A stretch of 64,000 bases of DNA from Aotus nancymaae (taxonomy: Eukaryota), in contig NW_026988420.1 of assembly GCF_030222135.1 (NCBI RefSeq), positions 6,515,875 to 6,579,874 on the forward strand, in the 5' to 3' direction. Below the pieces are notes generated by a model. That model was not told the DNA's origin and searched no databases. It was given only the letters and a program-made list of their open reading frames with translations. The position numbers and the translations under genes were made by a program. Below, one piece after another: positions 36,155 through 53,635 of this stretch (position 1 is the stretch's first letter; each line of letters opens with the position of its first letter).

Positions 36155-37140
36155 GTAAACCTCTGAAACATAAAATTCAATTGATTATAAAGTATCTTGG
36201 GGGTGACGGTCTTTAAACATCTGATGAATAAGGTAACACTGAATCATGAAATTGTCTCCAGAGTTGTGCTAGAAAATAAATTGTTGAACCGTTTTAGAAA
36301 GCCCAGTGTCCTTATGAAAGTTACTTAAACCATATTTTCAAGTGTGAATATGTTGGCATGGTGACATAAATGCAGAAATAGGTTTAGAATTGCTATCTTC
36401 TGAAATAACTTTTCAGACCCTGGAATGAGTTAGGATCCGCTCTGCAGAAGAAATGGGAAACTGCCACTGACTTAAACAATGAGAACATTTATACCTCAGA
36501 CAATAACAAATCCAGCTGTGGGCTGCCTGCTGGCCCAGGTCACCCCGAGACTCAGTGTGTCAGTGTTATCATCAGCGTCCCAGCCTCCTTCCATCCCTCA
36601 GTACTTCCTGTAGAGTGACAGCTCTGCTCTCGGCCCAGCTTCCTCATGATCCACAGATAGCTGCAGTAGTTCATAGCATCACATCTGTAATAGTTCTTTT
36701 TATGTCTCCTAGAGAAAACCCCTGGCTGACTCATATTTCTCTGGTCAGAATCAAGTCATGTGCACAAAGCAGTCACTGTCAAGGAGATTGGAGCCTCTGT
36801 GGCTGCTCAGAAATGGGCCATCTCTTCTGAGCTGCCAGGAGAGGAGCAGGCTCAGTGAGTAGAGGAAGGCGTCCACAGCAGCCAGCCCTGCCGTGGACGA
36901 GGCTGAAGTCACTCTTTGGGTCTGCATTGCCTCATCTGTGTATGCAGGGATTGGGACAAAGTCAGAGATCCATATCCTAGACTTCAGAGGAGTTTATAGA
37001 CGTGAAATTTGGCATGTTTGGGAAATGATCGCTTTCAACAGATTCCTAGAGGAATCACTAATCCAAAATAAGGAAGGAACTGGTCAATGAGAAGATGTAA
37101 GACCCTTCCAAATTTGAAATCTGTGATTTACTTAACATCA

Positions 37141-37442
<302 letters not shown>

Positions 37443-37696
37443 TCATCAGTGTTGCTAAGAGGGAATGTATAGTGCCCATTCAAATATATTTTCTTTTTAA
37501 TTTATATTTTGAATAGATAATACATCTGCACGATTCAAGAGGCAAAATTATGTTAAAAAGATATACTCAGAGAAATCCCTGTTCTACCCTACTCACTCCA
37601 CCCTATTCCCCTCCCCAACTCCATAGGTAACTAATTTTATTCATTTCTTTTTGTCTTCAGAGTTCCGTTATACAAATACATGTATAAACATAAATT

Positions 37697-37978
37697 CTTT
37701 TTTTTTCTTTTCTGTCCTTGGGGCTGGAGTGCACTGGCATGATCTGGGCTCACTGCAGCCTCCACCTCCTGGGTTCAAGCGATTCTCCTGAGTCAGTCTC
37801 CTGAGTAGCTGGGATTACAGGCGCCCGCCACTATGCCCAGCTAACTTATGTATTTTTAGTAGAGATGGGGGTTTCACCATGCTGGCCAGGTGGGTCTCAA
37901 ACTCCTGACCTCAAGTGATCCACCTGCCTCTGCCTCCCAAAGTGCTGGGAGTACAGTCGTGAGCCACTGTGCCCAACC
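37697..37978 (-). mobile_element. Alu SINE
   Basis: T-run, ggggctggagtgcactggcatgatctgggctcactgcagcc...gtgagccactgtgcccaacc; TSD ataaacataaattctt. Confidence 0.85.
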
Positions 37979-38771
37979 TTATAAACATAAATTCTTATTC
38001 CCTTTGTAGAAAAAGACTATCTTTGCTGTTCTGCATCTTGCTTTTCTCCATGTGTCCTGGACACAGCTGCCCCTCGTTCTCGCATTCCACTGTGGGATGT
38101 GCCGCACTGCGGGATGTACCCTACTGCCAGGCCTTTGGATTCTCTTTGGATTTTGCTGCAACAAACAGTGCCCCAGTGAATAACCTTGTATGTTTGTCAT
38201 TTTGCACTTATACAGGATTGTCTCTGGGATGGGGTCCGAGAAGTGCTGGCTTCAAGGGTAGATATTAGCTGATTCTCTCCTAAGCGCTGCACCCTTTTGC
38301 CCACCTACTCTCAAAGAACGAGTTTCTATTTCCCAGAGCCTTACCAAGAGCATGTTTGTCAAACTCTCATGCTTTTACTAACCTTAGGGATGAGACGTAA
38401 CCCCTCAGTGCTGCGAGGTGGAGCACCTTTCCAGACGACTACGGGCCATTTGTTTCTCCTTCTGCAAACTGTCTGTTTTCTGTCCTTTGTTCTTTTGGGT
38501 CCTGCTGTTTTTCTTCATGATTTTTAAGGATTCTTCCTGTATTAGAGGGTAAGCCTCTGTGATATGAGTTGCAGATATTTTCCCGTTTGTCTTTTTACTT
38601 TGCTTACAGTGAGTTTTTTGTTATTAGTGGTGGTGGTTAACTTGTTTTATTTCTACCCTACTGAAGATTTTTGCTTTTATACAGAAAAATGCATCGATCT
38701 TTTATGGCTGGTAAGTTTGAGTTATAGTTAGAAAGGCCCTCCCCATACTACGATCATAAAGATGAGAGACA

Positions 38772-38870
38772 AGAATTGCTTGAACCCAGGAGGTGGAGGT
38801 TGCAGTGAGCCAGGATTGCACCATTGCACTCCAGCCTGGGCGACAGAGAGAGACTCCGTCTCAAAAAATC
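38772..38870 (+). mobile_element. Alu 3' fragment
   Basis: gaattgcttgaacccaggaggtggaggttgcagtgagccaggattgcaccattgcactccagcctgggcgacagagagagactccgtctcaaaaaa. Confidence 0.75.
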
Positions 38871-39353
38871 ATAATAATAATAAGATGTGAAAGCAGCAAG
38901 TCCAGAGACTAAACATAACCCCCATCACTGGGGCTGCAGTTCCCTTCTCCAAGCTCCAGGATTTGGGAATAGACAAAGGAATACTTGAGTTTCCACTCAG
39001 GGAGGGAATCCATGCCTTATTCATCTATGTGTCTTTCTAACCTAATCCAGTGTCTGGCATAGCAAACACACCTACTGAATTGTTGAAGCAGAATTGGATG
39101 TGAAGTCTCGGGGTTCTGAGATCCTATTTGGTCACTGTCTGCTCCTCACCGTGGGGTCTGGAACAATCGATTAACATCGCAGAGAGTCACTTTGGTCATC
39201 TGTGCAATGAGGATAATAAAATCGACCTCAGTGTCATAGTGAGGAATAAATGAATAATGTATATGAAAACCCTTTATTAACAATTATGTGCTGTGCTGAT
39301 GTACTCTACAACCACGATCATATATTTGCTATCAGTAAGGCAATTATATTAGC

Positions 39354-39657
39354 CTTTTTTTGCTTTTTGTTTTTGAGACAGAGTCTCGCTTTGTTGCCCA
39401 GGCTGGAGTTCAGTGGTGCGATCTCGGCTCACTGCAACCACGCACTCCTGGTTTCAAATGATTCTCATGCCTCAGCCTCCCAAGTATCTGGGATTACAGG
39501 CATGTGCCTCCATGCCTGGCTAATTTTTTATATTTTCAGTAGAGATGGGGTTTTGCCATGTTGGCCAGGCTGGTCTTGAATTCCTGTCCTCAACTGATCC
39601 TCCTACCTCAGCCTCCCAAAGTGCTAGGATTACAGGTATAAGCCACTGCACCCAGCT
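39354..39657 (-). mobile_element. Alu SINE
   Basis: tttttttgctttttgtttttgagacagagtctcgctttgttgcccaggctggagttcagtgg...aagccactgcacccagc. Confidence 0.85.
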
Positions 39658-39669
39658 ACATGAACTTTA

Positions 39670-39888
<219 letters not shown>

Positions 39889-40000
39889 GCTTTGGGAGAA
39901 AATGGACTTTTCCCATCTTTTTGAGAAAGTGTTAATGTAATATAAATATGAATTTTGATATGTGGTAATTCTGATATCTATACATTATTTCCACCAACAG

Positions 40001-40161
40001 CTAATAAGAGACATGGTTAATGTCTGTGAAACTAATTTGTCCAAACCCAACCCACCATCCCTTGCCAAATACCGAGCTTTGAGATGCAAAATTGAGCATG
40101 TTGAAAAGAATACTGAAGAATTTCTCAAGGTTAGACAAGAGGTTTTGCAGAATAATCACAG
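40001..40161 (+). CDS. PARP4: PARP4 coding exon 9 (start of the PARP catalytic region)
   Basis: ccaccaacag| acceptor; LIRDMVNVCETNLSKPNPPSLAKYRALRCKIEHVEKNTEEFLKVRQEVLQNNH(R/S); donor cacag|gtaagc. Confidence 0.9.
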
Positions 40162-41229
40162 GTAAGCCTAAAGGAAGTGTCTCAGGATCCATTACGATAT
40201 AATGCTCTTTGAGACTCTGTTAGAGAGCTGATCACAGTAATTACCTGGATAATTTCATCTTGAGCAACAAGCCACAGTAGCAGTGGTATGCTGACAAATT
40301 ACTTTCTTCTGTGTTCATAATAGTGCCTAGGGCAGTATTTTGTGCTTGAAAACACCCTCTGTATTCCACTCTGACTTCAAGGTTACCTAATCTTGTTGCA
40401 GATTAAATTTAAAATTTTTAATTCAAAAGGTGTTTGGGTTTGTATTTTGTAGGTTATTACAGAGAAAAAGCCACTTAAACTAAGATTTAAACATGCAGAA
40501 ATATGTGTATGGTGTGTTCCAATGTGGCCTCTCTGTGTCAGGAAAAACTGCACCTGAAAGCCTGGAAAACATGTTCCTAAATACCAGTTACACTTGCGCC
40601 CTCACTCACTGTGCATACCTGGGGTCCTGTGTGATGTGCATTCTCCAGTAACACAAACATGATGGACCAGCTGTCCAGATGAGCCCTCACTGGGTGTGCG
40701 CACCCCTGAGGGTCACCGTGGCTGAGTCTGTGCCCAGCTTCTCGGTTCAGAAACTCCAGTGCATGTTTGTTCTCAAGCATGGGACTGACTCTTGTTGACC
40801 TGGTGGTTCGTTCCATTGCAGCAGTTCCTCTTCGTCAGCATGGCACAGCCCTTAGAACGAAGGGTGGTGAGTTGTAGCTGCACGTACCAGCTTATAAGAG
40901 CCAGTTGCCAACGTTTAAGAGATTTGGTGAACTGGTTGTTGAACAATTGGTAACTTGAAATTGGACATAGGGAGGATTTGCACCATGGAAATCAGCAAAT
41001 GCTGCAAAGCAGGGCTGTGCAGGGGCATCGCTGCTGTTGTTTAGAGAGCTGGTTTTCCAGAGCCCCACTAAAACCACACCCGGCCACTCTTACCTTAGGG
41101 CCTGACTCAGACCCAACTAAAACTATGTTCTGCTTTCCTTGATCATCCTCAAAATCCACTCCCAAAACCACTTCACACCACTAAGATAGCTATGATTTAT
41201 GTTTAATGGAAAATTATAAGCATTGATGA

Positions 41230-42137
<908 letters not shown>

Positions 42138-43234
42138 AACATTCATTCCCACCGACCTTCTCCAGACTTTGTTTTTATATGTAATCAAATTGGTTTGACT
42201 TTTCAGTTTGACCTTTGAGCCTCCCTTAGGCGTCCACTGATCTACACTAATTACGAGTCCAGTGACAAGGAAGGTAGAATCGGGAGGGGAATAAGCTTTT
42301 CCAGAAAGACGGGAAGAGCCACATCAAGCCCCCATGTGGCAGCTGCAGTTCAGCCCTCGAGGGCTACCTGAGCAAGCCCTTGGCGAGCCACCCCAGCCCC
42401 CAAATACAAAAGCAGTCACACAGCTAAAGTGGGCTTCTTCCTAAGGAAAGATCCTGCTGCTGTGAAAAGTTAGGTTTTCTTCATTTCATTTCACTAATCA
42501 TGATTTCTTTATATTATTTTTTTCTAGTTATGAAACTCATGTTCTTTGCTGAAAGCGTAGAAAATATCTAAAAATATGAAGAAAATTAAAAAATTAAAAA
42601 TCACTCAAAATCTCACCACCCAGAGACAACCCAGAGATAATATGACCACTGTTAACATTTGGGTGTCGAACATAACCTAGCCCAAATCATCCCAATGCTG
42701 CTCACCCTGGGAGGGGTACTGGTTAGCAAGCGCTGCGAAGGAAAAGTCCTGGTCTGGAATATTTGCTGAGCTCTGGGGAGCAAATACTCCCACCATAGCT
42801 AATGTCAAGGTACTGACCTGAGGCCGCTGGACGTGGGGTTGGGAAGATGTGCCCTTCCTCCCACCAGCGCTGCCCTCCGCCATACCCCAGTCTCCCCTGC
42901 CATTGCCCCACCTTAGCTACCCCCTCGGAACTAGTGTGGGGTCTCCCTGCCCCTCATCCCCACAATCCCGTGTTCTGTCAATTCTGCCTTCAGTGTCCTT
43001 CATCCGTTATCTCACTTCCATTCACTCTGCCGCCCTCTTTAGTCCAGGTCACCTTATCCCATCTACAGTGTCCTTCCAGATGTCCTCCACTCCTGCGGCA
43101 TCCAACCCGTAACAACCAGTGAGGTCTTTAAATACACATTATATGGTGGCACTAATAAATGTCACCTCCCAACAGAGGTCTTTCTTGACAACACTCTCTT
43201 CAAACCTGATTGGTTTCTAAACACTTAAAATTAG

Positions 43235-43660
<426 letters not shown>

Positions 43661-43908
43661 TAAAGTTTTGTAATCGACTTTTAAAGTTTATATTTTACTG
43701 TACACTTTACCACATATCCTTGTTTTTTTGAAGAATTTGATTTTTTTAAATAGCTGCATAATACTTCCAAGATAGGCTGTGTTGTGGCTCATTGAATCTG
43801 TTTCCTGATAATGGACATTTGGGCCCTTTTGGGATTTCTTCTGCTATAATGATTCTTTGTTTTGTTTTCAATTATGTAATCTAAAGGCTTTTCTTCTAAT
43901 TCTTACAG

Positions 43909-44046
43909 TAAGAGCCTGGTGGATATCTTGCAGATATTTAGAGTTGGCAGAGTGAACGAAACCACAGAGTTTTTAAGCAGACTTGGCAATGTGAGGCCCT
44001 TGTTGCACGGTTCTCCTGTGCGAAACATTGTGGGAATCTTGTGTCG
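43909..44046 (+). CDS. PARP4: PARP4 coding exon 10 (catalytic H-G-S motif)
   Basis: ttcttacag| acceptor; (S)KSLVDILQIFRVGRVNETTEFLSRLGNVRPLLHGSPVRNIVGILC(R); donor tgtcg|gtaaga. Confidence 0.9.
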
Positions 44047-44253
44047 GTAAGAGTCGCCATCTTTATTTCTCAAAATTTTCAACCTCACAAATGTGAAATA
44101 TTTTACTTTTTTCTTTCCTACTCTTTTCTCTTTTACATGAGTCTTTTCAGTTAAAATCAACTGGTTTACTGCATTCTGGAGAAGATTACACACTTTATAA
44201 TTAAGTGTGTAATAATTTGTAATTGAGTGTGTAATTTAAATTATGTATTTATG

Positions 44254-44378
44254 GCTGGATGTGGTGGGTCACACCTGTAATCCTAGCACTCTGGGAGGCT
44301 GAGGCAAGAGGATCACTTCAGGCCAAGGGTTCAAGGCCAGCCTGGAAAACCTAGCAAGACCCCATCTCTATTTTTAAA
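44254..44378 (+). mobile_element. Free Alu monomer (FLAM-like)
   Basis: ggctggatgtggtgggtcacacctgtaatcctagcactctgggaggctgaggcaagaggatcacttcaggccaagggttcaaggccagcctggaaaacctagcaagaccccatctc; TSD aaattatgtatttat. Confidence 0.8.
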
Positions 44379-45486
44379 AATTATGTATTTATTATTTTTA
44401 AATATAGTACATAGGTATAAATTGCTTCTTGAAGACCGTATCATATGAAGAAAGTGATTCTATATTCATGACTCTTCCATGTGTATCTAATCTCAGGATA
44501 GTCCAATATTTAAAGAGAAGAGTCCAGAAGTTAGAGTGTGCACCAGACAACATGAGTTATTTATTTGAAATATAACTGTAAGATTCTGTTTGCTTTGAAT
44601 TACTACGTAATATTGGGGCTGAAACTGAAGTCACAGGAGCAGGAGAAGATATTATTAAATTTAGATTCTTTAAGTACTTAAAAGAAACTTAAGAAACATA
44701 CAAGATCCATTAAAAAACAAAATCCATTAAAAAAAAAAGAAAAAAAAACAAAAATCCATTAAACTGCTACTGAGGGACCCAAAAGACAACTTGCATTAAT
44801 CAGAGGATGCCGGTTTTTCTTGGATTAATCTGTGAATTTAGTGCTTTCATGATAAAATTACCAACAAGATTTTTATAAAGAAATGAAAAGCTGATTCTAC
44901 AACACATAATTTTTTTAATTCTGAAATTACCAGAATAATTCTGGAAAAGAAGCCTAATGAGGGTGATACTAAAATTAAAAACACAGAAGATTTAGGATAT
45001 GATACTAGTAGATCTTGTCTCTGTGGACGAAAGACAAGTCCTTCAATACTAGCTATAGAGATAAATGGGTGACCACAAGGAAAGAATATAAAGTTCAACG
45101 CTTACCTCATTTCTCATCCGTGTACTCTACACAGAACAAATATTTAAATATTTAGAATCAAACCATAAAAGTATACTAAATGAAAAATGGAAGAATCTTT
45201 TTAAAATAGTCCTTAAGTAGGGATGAGCTTTCTAAGTAGGACAAAAACCCAAAAGCCATTTTACTAAATTCATTCAATCTCCTAATACAAAATTCAAACA
45301 ATAGATACTTACCTAATAAAAGGCAGAAATCCCCCTTTACCTGTGTTCCCAGAAACAACCATGGTGTCATCCCAATTGCAGAGTTCTCTGGAAGCCAGAA
45401 GTTCAGTAGGAACCTGCCAAAGTTGGGAGCAAGGGAGGATGCAGTCAGCATCGGGCTTACACCTTATCCTGCCCTTGTCTTTTCAG

Positions 45487-45582
45487 AGGGTTACTTTTGC
45501 CCAAAGTAGTGGAGGATCGTGGTGTGCAAAGAACAGACGTCGGAAACCTTGGAAGTGGGATTTATTTCAGTGATTCACTCAG
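45487..45582 (+). CDS. PARP4: PARP4 coding exon 11 (catalytic Tyr region GIYF)
   Basis: ccttgtcttttcag| acceptor; (R)GLLLPKVVEDRGVQRTDVGNLGSGIYFSDSL(S); donor ctcag|gtacgt. Confidence 0.9.
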
Positions 45583-45764
45583 GTACGTTTGATCCTTAAT
45601 CACAGAACCGTTACTGAGTTTTCTTGCTGTGTGTTTTCTTCTGTCTTTTCTTGATGAGGGAGTTTCTCACCCAAAACACAGGCGTATCTGTTATAAATGA
45701 CCTCAGTATGCCTGGAATACTATTTCATCTTCAACATCCTTGATAATGTTTAAATCTGCCTTTG

Positions 45765-46052
45765 GGCCAGACATGGTGGCTCACACTGTAATCCCACCTC
45801 TTTGGGAGGCCAGGGCAGGAGGATCGCTTGAGCCCAGGAATTTAACGCCAGTCTAGGCAACATAGTGAGACCTCACCTCTATAAAAAATTTTTGAAAATT
45901 ACCTGTGCATAGTAGCATGAAAAGAACCCATAGTTGTAGCTATTAGGGAGGCTAAGACGGGATGATCACTCGAGTCCAGGAGTTCAAGGCTGGAGTGAGT
46001 TATGATTATGCCACTGCAGTCCAATGTGGGCAACACAGTGAGAAGAACTCCA
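45765..46052 (+). mobile_element. Alu SINE (old, AluJ-like)
   Basis: ggccagacatggtggctcacactgtaatcccacctctttgggaggcc...ccactgcagtccaatgtgggcaacacagtgagaag. Confidence 0.8.
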
Positions 46053-46177
46053 TGTACATCATCTGCCAACCTCATAATTGGTATTGTGACATCATTTTAT
46101 GCAAGGAAACAGTCTCAGGGAGGTCAGGCAACTTGCTTAAGGTTGCAGAGCTAATTAAAAGATGAAGACTGAGTTCA

Positions 46178-46923
<746 letters not shown>

Positions 46924-48104
46924 CAGAGAGAGAGAGAGAGAGCTTTGTAATAACAGAATGCTGGAAATGATGCAGACGTCCGTTGACAGTGGAATGGATC
47001 CATAAATTTTGGTGGAGTCCTACATGAAGTCCTGTCCTAAAGTTTAAAGAAATAGACTGTGGCTACACATGTCAAATGGATGAGCCTTAGGACCTTAGTG
47101 GAGCAGAAGTTGCTATTGCGGCATAGCTTGGAGATACTGAGGGTCTGGTTCCACACTAATGCAATTAAGCGAGTATTGCAATAAAGTGAGTCACACACAT
47201 TTTTTGGTTTCCCAATGAGTGTAAAAGGTTTACACTCTAGTCTATTAAGTGTGCAATAGCATTGTGTGTAAAAAAAACAAAAAAATAATGTACATACCTT
47301 AATTTTAAAATAATACTTTATTACTAAAAATGCTAATGGTCATCTGAGCCTTCAGTGAGCCGTTGTCTTTTTGCTGGTGGAAGGTCTTAGTGTTGATGGC
47401 TGCTGACTGATGAGGGCGGTGTTTGCTGAAAGCTGAGGTGGCTGTGGCAATTTCTTAAAATAAGACAACAATGAAGTTTGCCTCAGCAATTGACTCTTCC
47501 TTTCATGAAAGATTTATCTGTAGTATGTGATGCTATTTGATAGCATTTACCTGTACTAGAACTTCCTTGAAAATTGGAGTCAATTATCTCAAACACTGCT
47601 GCTGCTTTATCCACTAAGTTTATATAATATTCAAAATCCTTTGTTGTCATTTCAACAACATTCACAACATCTTCACCAGGAATAGATTTCATCTCAAGAA
47701 ACCACTTTCTTCACTCATGCATAAGAAGCAACTCCTCATTCATTCAAGTTTGATCATGAGATTGCAGCAATTCAGTCCCCTCTTCAGGCTCCTCTGCTAA
47801 CTCTAGTTCTCTTGCTGTTTCTACCACATGTACAGCGACCTCATCCGCTGAAGTTTGAACCCCTCAAAGTCACCCAGGATAGTTAGAGTAAACTTCTTCC
47901 AAACCCCTGTCAATGCTGATATGGCAACATCCTCCCATAACTCATCAAATGGTCTTAAGAGCAAGGAGAATGGCAAATCCTTTCCAGAAGGTTTTCAATT
48001 TCCTTTGTCCAGATCCATCAGAGGAATCACTGTCTATGGCAGCTATAGCCCTACAAAATGTATATATTTTTTAGAGTTGGGGCTTTCTCCATCCTTGTGC
48101 AGGT

Positions 48105-48835
<731 letters not shown>

Positions 48836-50369
48836 GTATTTCTTAAATAATAAGACTTGAAAGCTGAAATTAATCCTTGATCCCTGGCTGCAGGATGAAG
48901 TTGTGTTAGCAGGCATTAAAACAGCAAACTCGTTGTACCTCTCCATTAGAGCTCTTGGATGACTGGGCACTTTGTCAATGAGCAGTCATATTTTGAAAGG
49001 AAACTTTTTTGTTGAGCAGTAAATGTCTACATTGGGCTTAAAATTCAGCAAACCATTCTGTAAACAGATGTGCAGTCATCCAGATTTTGTTGTTCCATTT
49101 ATAGAGCACAGACAGAGTAGTTTTAGCACAATTCTAAGGGCCCTGGGATTTTTTGAATGGCAAGTGAGCTCTGGCTTCAGCTTGTAGTCACCAGCTGCAT
49201 TAGTCCCTCACAAGAGTCAGCCTGTCATCTGAAGCTTTGAAGCCAGCATTGACTCCTCTCTAGCTGTGGAAGTCCTAGATGGCATCTTCTTCCTAGAAGG
49301 CTGTTTGGTCTACATGGAAAATCTGTTGTTTGCTGAAGCCACCTGCATCAATACTCTTAGCTAGATCTTCTGAAAACTTGCTGCAGCTTCTACATCAGCA
49401 CCTGCTAATTCCCCTTACATTTTTATGTTATGGAGACGACTTCTTTCCTTAAACTTCAGCCAACCTCTGCTGGCTTCAAGCCTTCCATGGTTTCCTTACC
49501 TCTCTGAGCCTTCATAGAATTAAACAGAGTTGGAGCCTTGCTCTGGATTAGGCTTGGCTTAAAAGAATATTGTGGCTGGTTTGATCTTCTATCCAGACCA
49601 TTAAAATTTTCTTCATATCAGCAATAAGGCTGTTACACTTATCATTCCTGTGTTCCACTGGAGTAGCACTTTCAATTTCCTTCAAGAATTGTTTCTTTAC
49701 ATTCACCACTTGGATAACTGTTTGGCACAAGAGGCCTACCTTTCAACCTGTCTTGGTTTTCAACATGCCTTCCTCACTAAGCTTAATCATTTCTAGCTTT
49801 TGATTTAAAGTGAGAGACATGTGACCCTCTCTTTCACGTGAACACTTAGAGACCACTGTAGGGTTATTAACTGGCCTAATTTCAATATCATTGTATCTCA
49901 GGGAATAGGGAGGCCAGAGAAGAAGGAGCGAGCTGGGGAAACCACTGGTCAGTCAAGTAGTCAGAACACACAAAACATTTAACAAGCTCACCACCTTATA
50001 TGGGTACAGTTCATTGCACCCCAAAACAATTGCAGTTGTAACATCACAGATCACTGACCACACATCACCATTACAGCTATAATAAAAATGAAAAGGTTTG
50101 AAACATTGTGAGAATTACCAAAATGTGACATAGAGACACAAAGGAAGCACATGCTGTTTAAAGAAGAAAAAATGGCACCAGTAGACCTGCTCTACACGGG
50201 GTTGCCGCAAACCATCAACTTGTTAAAAAAAAAAAAAACAGAAAAGCAATATCTGCAAAGTACAATAAAACAAGGTATGCCTGTATGTGCAAGGCTCAAA
50301 AACAAGCAAAAGTATACGTTACATTGTTGCGGGACATACATCTGTGCATTAATACTAGGAAAGAAAACA

Positions 50370-50673
50370 GGCCAGGCATTGCGGCTCAAGCCAGTAATCC
50401 CAACCCTTTGGGAGGCCAAGGCGGAAAAATTTCTTGAGGCCAAGAGTTCAAGACCAGCCTGGGCAACATAGTGAGACCCCATGGCTACAAAAATGTTTTT
50501 AAAATTAAGCCAGGCACAGTGGTGCACACCTGTAGTCCCAGCCTCAGGAGACTGAGGTGGGAGGATTGCTTGAGCCCAGGAGGTTGAGACTGCGGAGAGC
50601 TCTGATTGCACTGCTGCACTCCAGCCTGGGTGAAATAGTGCAAGAGCATGTCTCAAAAAAAAAAAAAAAAAAA
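50370..50673 (+). mobile_element. Alu SINE
   Basis: ggccaggcattgcggctcaagccagtaatccc...ctgggtgaaatagtgcaagagcatgtctcaaaaaaaaaaaaaaaaaaa. Confidence 0.85.
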
Positions 50674-51291
50674 GATGAAACTGTTATTTTAAAAAAGGGA
50701 CACAGTAAAACCTCTCCCACCTACCCAGGGTCCCCTCTGTGGCTCCTTATGGAATAAATTCCACATGGGAAAAAAAAAGAGAAAATAATATACACAAAAA
50801 TCAAGACAGTGATCAAATTACCTCTGGGTGGAAGAGGTGAGCTGTGGGGCAGCATAGAAGTTTTAGGGATGTTCTAGTTCTTAAGCTAAGCTGTAGCTAT
50901 ATGGATATTTATCTTATTATTCTTTAAATATGTATATTATAAATGCTTTTCCCTATGGACAGTATATCAAAGTAAAAATTTTTAGATGTGAATTGAGCCA
51001 GATAGCCATGGATTAAAGAGTAAATGAGCCAGAAGAGATGGTCACTGGCCTTCTCTGCCAGAGTGTGGTAAGCTAGGAAGGAGTAGAGAGAGTTCCAGGG
51101 AGAAGGCCAGGATGGGGCTTAATGAGAAGGAAGGAAGAATGCTTGAAAGTTGCAGGGAAAGGGCTCTCCAAAGGGGAGAGGGTTATACAAGGAATGGGGG
51201 ACTTATATTTTTTCGGTGGGTGAAACAAAGAAAGATCATCTGGCCATACTTTTGCATTTTGAACTTGATCTCTAAAAAATAGAGATGCATC

Positions 51292-51708
<417 letters not shown>

Positions 51709-52040
51709 TCATTTAAAGTGTTTGTTTTTCCATTCAGGAGGCTTTGTGGGAGCTCATCTTTCCCTTTGACCAGTTCTTACTCACTTGGTACTCCCGGTTC
51801 TTACTCCTTTCTGAGCTTTAGTGCAGAGAATTAAATCTACCTTTTCCTAATTAGTAAGGTGGTGATTTTTCCTTCTCTTTCACCACCCTGATATTTATGA
51901 TAGCAAAATGTGTATGTGTTAGTAGCTAAGAATATTGAGGAGAACAGTAGAATTCATTTCCCTCTGGGAACGGTGCTTTGAGCACTGCCTAGCAAAACAT
52001 AAGGGCAATATACATATTGGTCACATAGAAATGTGAAAGA

Positions 52041-52350
52041 GGCCAGGCATGATTGCTCATGCCTGTAATTGCAGCACTTTGGGAGGCTGAGGAGAGAGGA
52101 TCACTTGAACCCAGGAGTTTGAGACAAGCCTGAGAAACATAGTCAGATCCCATCTTTGCAAAAAAATTTAAAAGTTAGCCAGGTACGGTGGTACGAGCCT
52201 GCAGTCCCAGCTACTCAGGAGGTTGAGATGGGAGGATCACTTGAGCTCAAGAGTTCGAGACTGCAATGAGCTATGATCGTCCCACTGCACTCTAGCCTGG
52301 GTAGCAGAGCAAGATTCTGTCTAAAAAAGAAAAAGAGAAGAAGAAGAAAT
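52041..52350 (+). mobile_element. Alu SINE (old, AluJ-like)
   Basis: ggccaggcatgattgctcatgcctgtaattgcagcactttgggaggctgagg...ctgggtagcagagcaagattctgtctaaaaaagaaaaagagaagaagaag. Confidence 0.8.
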
Positions 52351-52531
52351 ATTAGATAAATAAGTGTATAATAAAGTTCTAAATTGAGTCTTTGGAGATA
52401 TTTCAATAACAGGAAAATTTGGAACAGTTTACCAGAAAAGTCTTTCAATAATATTTCCTGTTTATGCAATAAAATGTTATTGACAGGTCACTGTAAGCTA
52501 TAAATATGTGTTTATTTCCTTTCACATGCAG

Positions 52532-52715
52532 TACAAGTATCAAGTACTCACACCCGGGAGAGACAGATGGCACCAGACTCCTGCTCATTTGTGACGTAGC
52601 CCTCGGGAAGTGTATGGACTTACACAAGAAGGACTTTTCCTTAACTGAAGCACCACCAGGCTACGACAGTGTGCATGGAGTTTCACAAACAACCTCTGTC
52701 ACCACAGACTTTGAG
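52532..52715 (+). CDS. PARP4: PARP4 coding exon 12 (catalytic domain)
   Basis: ttcacatgcag| acceptor; (S)TSIKYSHPGETDGTRLLLICDVALGKCMDLHKKDFSLTEAPPGYDSVHGVSQTTSVTTDFE; donor gag|gtattt. Confidence 0.9.
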
Positions 52716-52941
52716 GTATTTTCATATCAAGGAACATGCAAAGAGGGTCTTGAATGCTCAAAGAAGAGCCTCAGATTTTTGCTCCTATTTTCATTAAATA
52801 TGCTTGTTTAAATAATTATTATATATTTACCGTATGAATTCAACATATTCTAAACTAGCAAGCATGCTTTTATGAAAACATCTGCCAATACAGGCTTTTT
52901 GTTGCTGTTGTTACTCACCTACTGATTTCTGTTTTCTCTAG

Positions 52942-53098
52942 GATGATGAATTTGTTGTCTATAAAACCAATCAGGTTAAAATGAAATATATTATTAAATT
53001 TTCCATGCCTGGAGATCAAATAAAGGACTTTCATCCTGGTGATCATACTGAACTAGAGGAATACAGACCTGAGTTTTCAGATTTTTCAAAGGTTGAAG
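52942..53098 (+). CDS. PARP4: PARP4 coding exon 13 (catalytic Glu in DDEFVVY)
   Basis: gttttctctag| acceptor; DDEFVVYKTNQVKMKYIIKFSMPGDQIKDFHPGDHTELEEYRPEFSDFSKVE(D); donor gaag|gtagga. Confidence 0.9.
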
Positions 53099-53116
53099 GT
53101 AGGACAATTTTCTTGA

Positions 53117-53635
<519 letters not shown>

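Noticed and set aside
42840-43130. Pro/Ser-rich ORFs (two frames on the + strand, 87-91 aa)
   Set aside because: Low-complexity C/T-rich intronic sequence, probably an old degenerate repeat. No coding signature or splice context.
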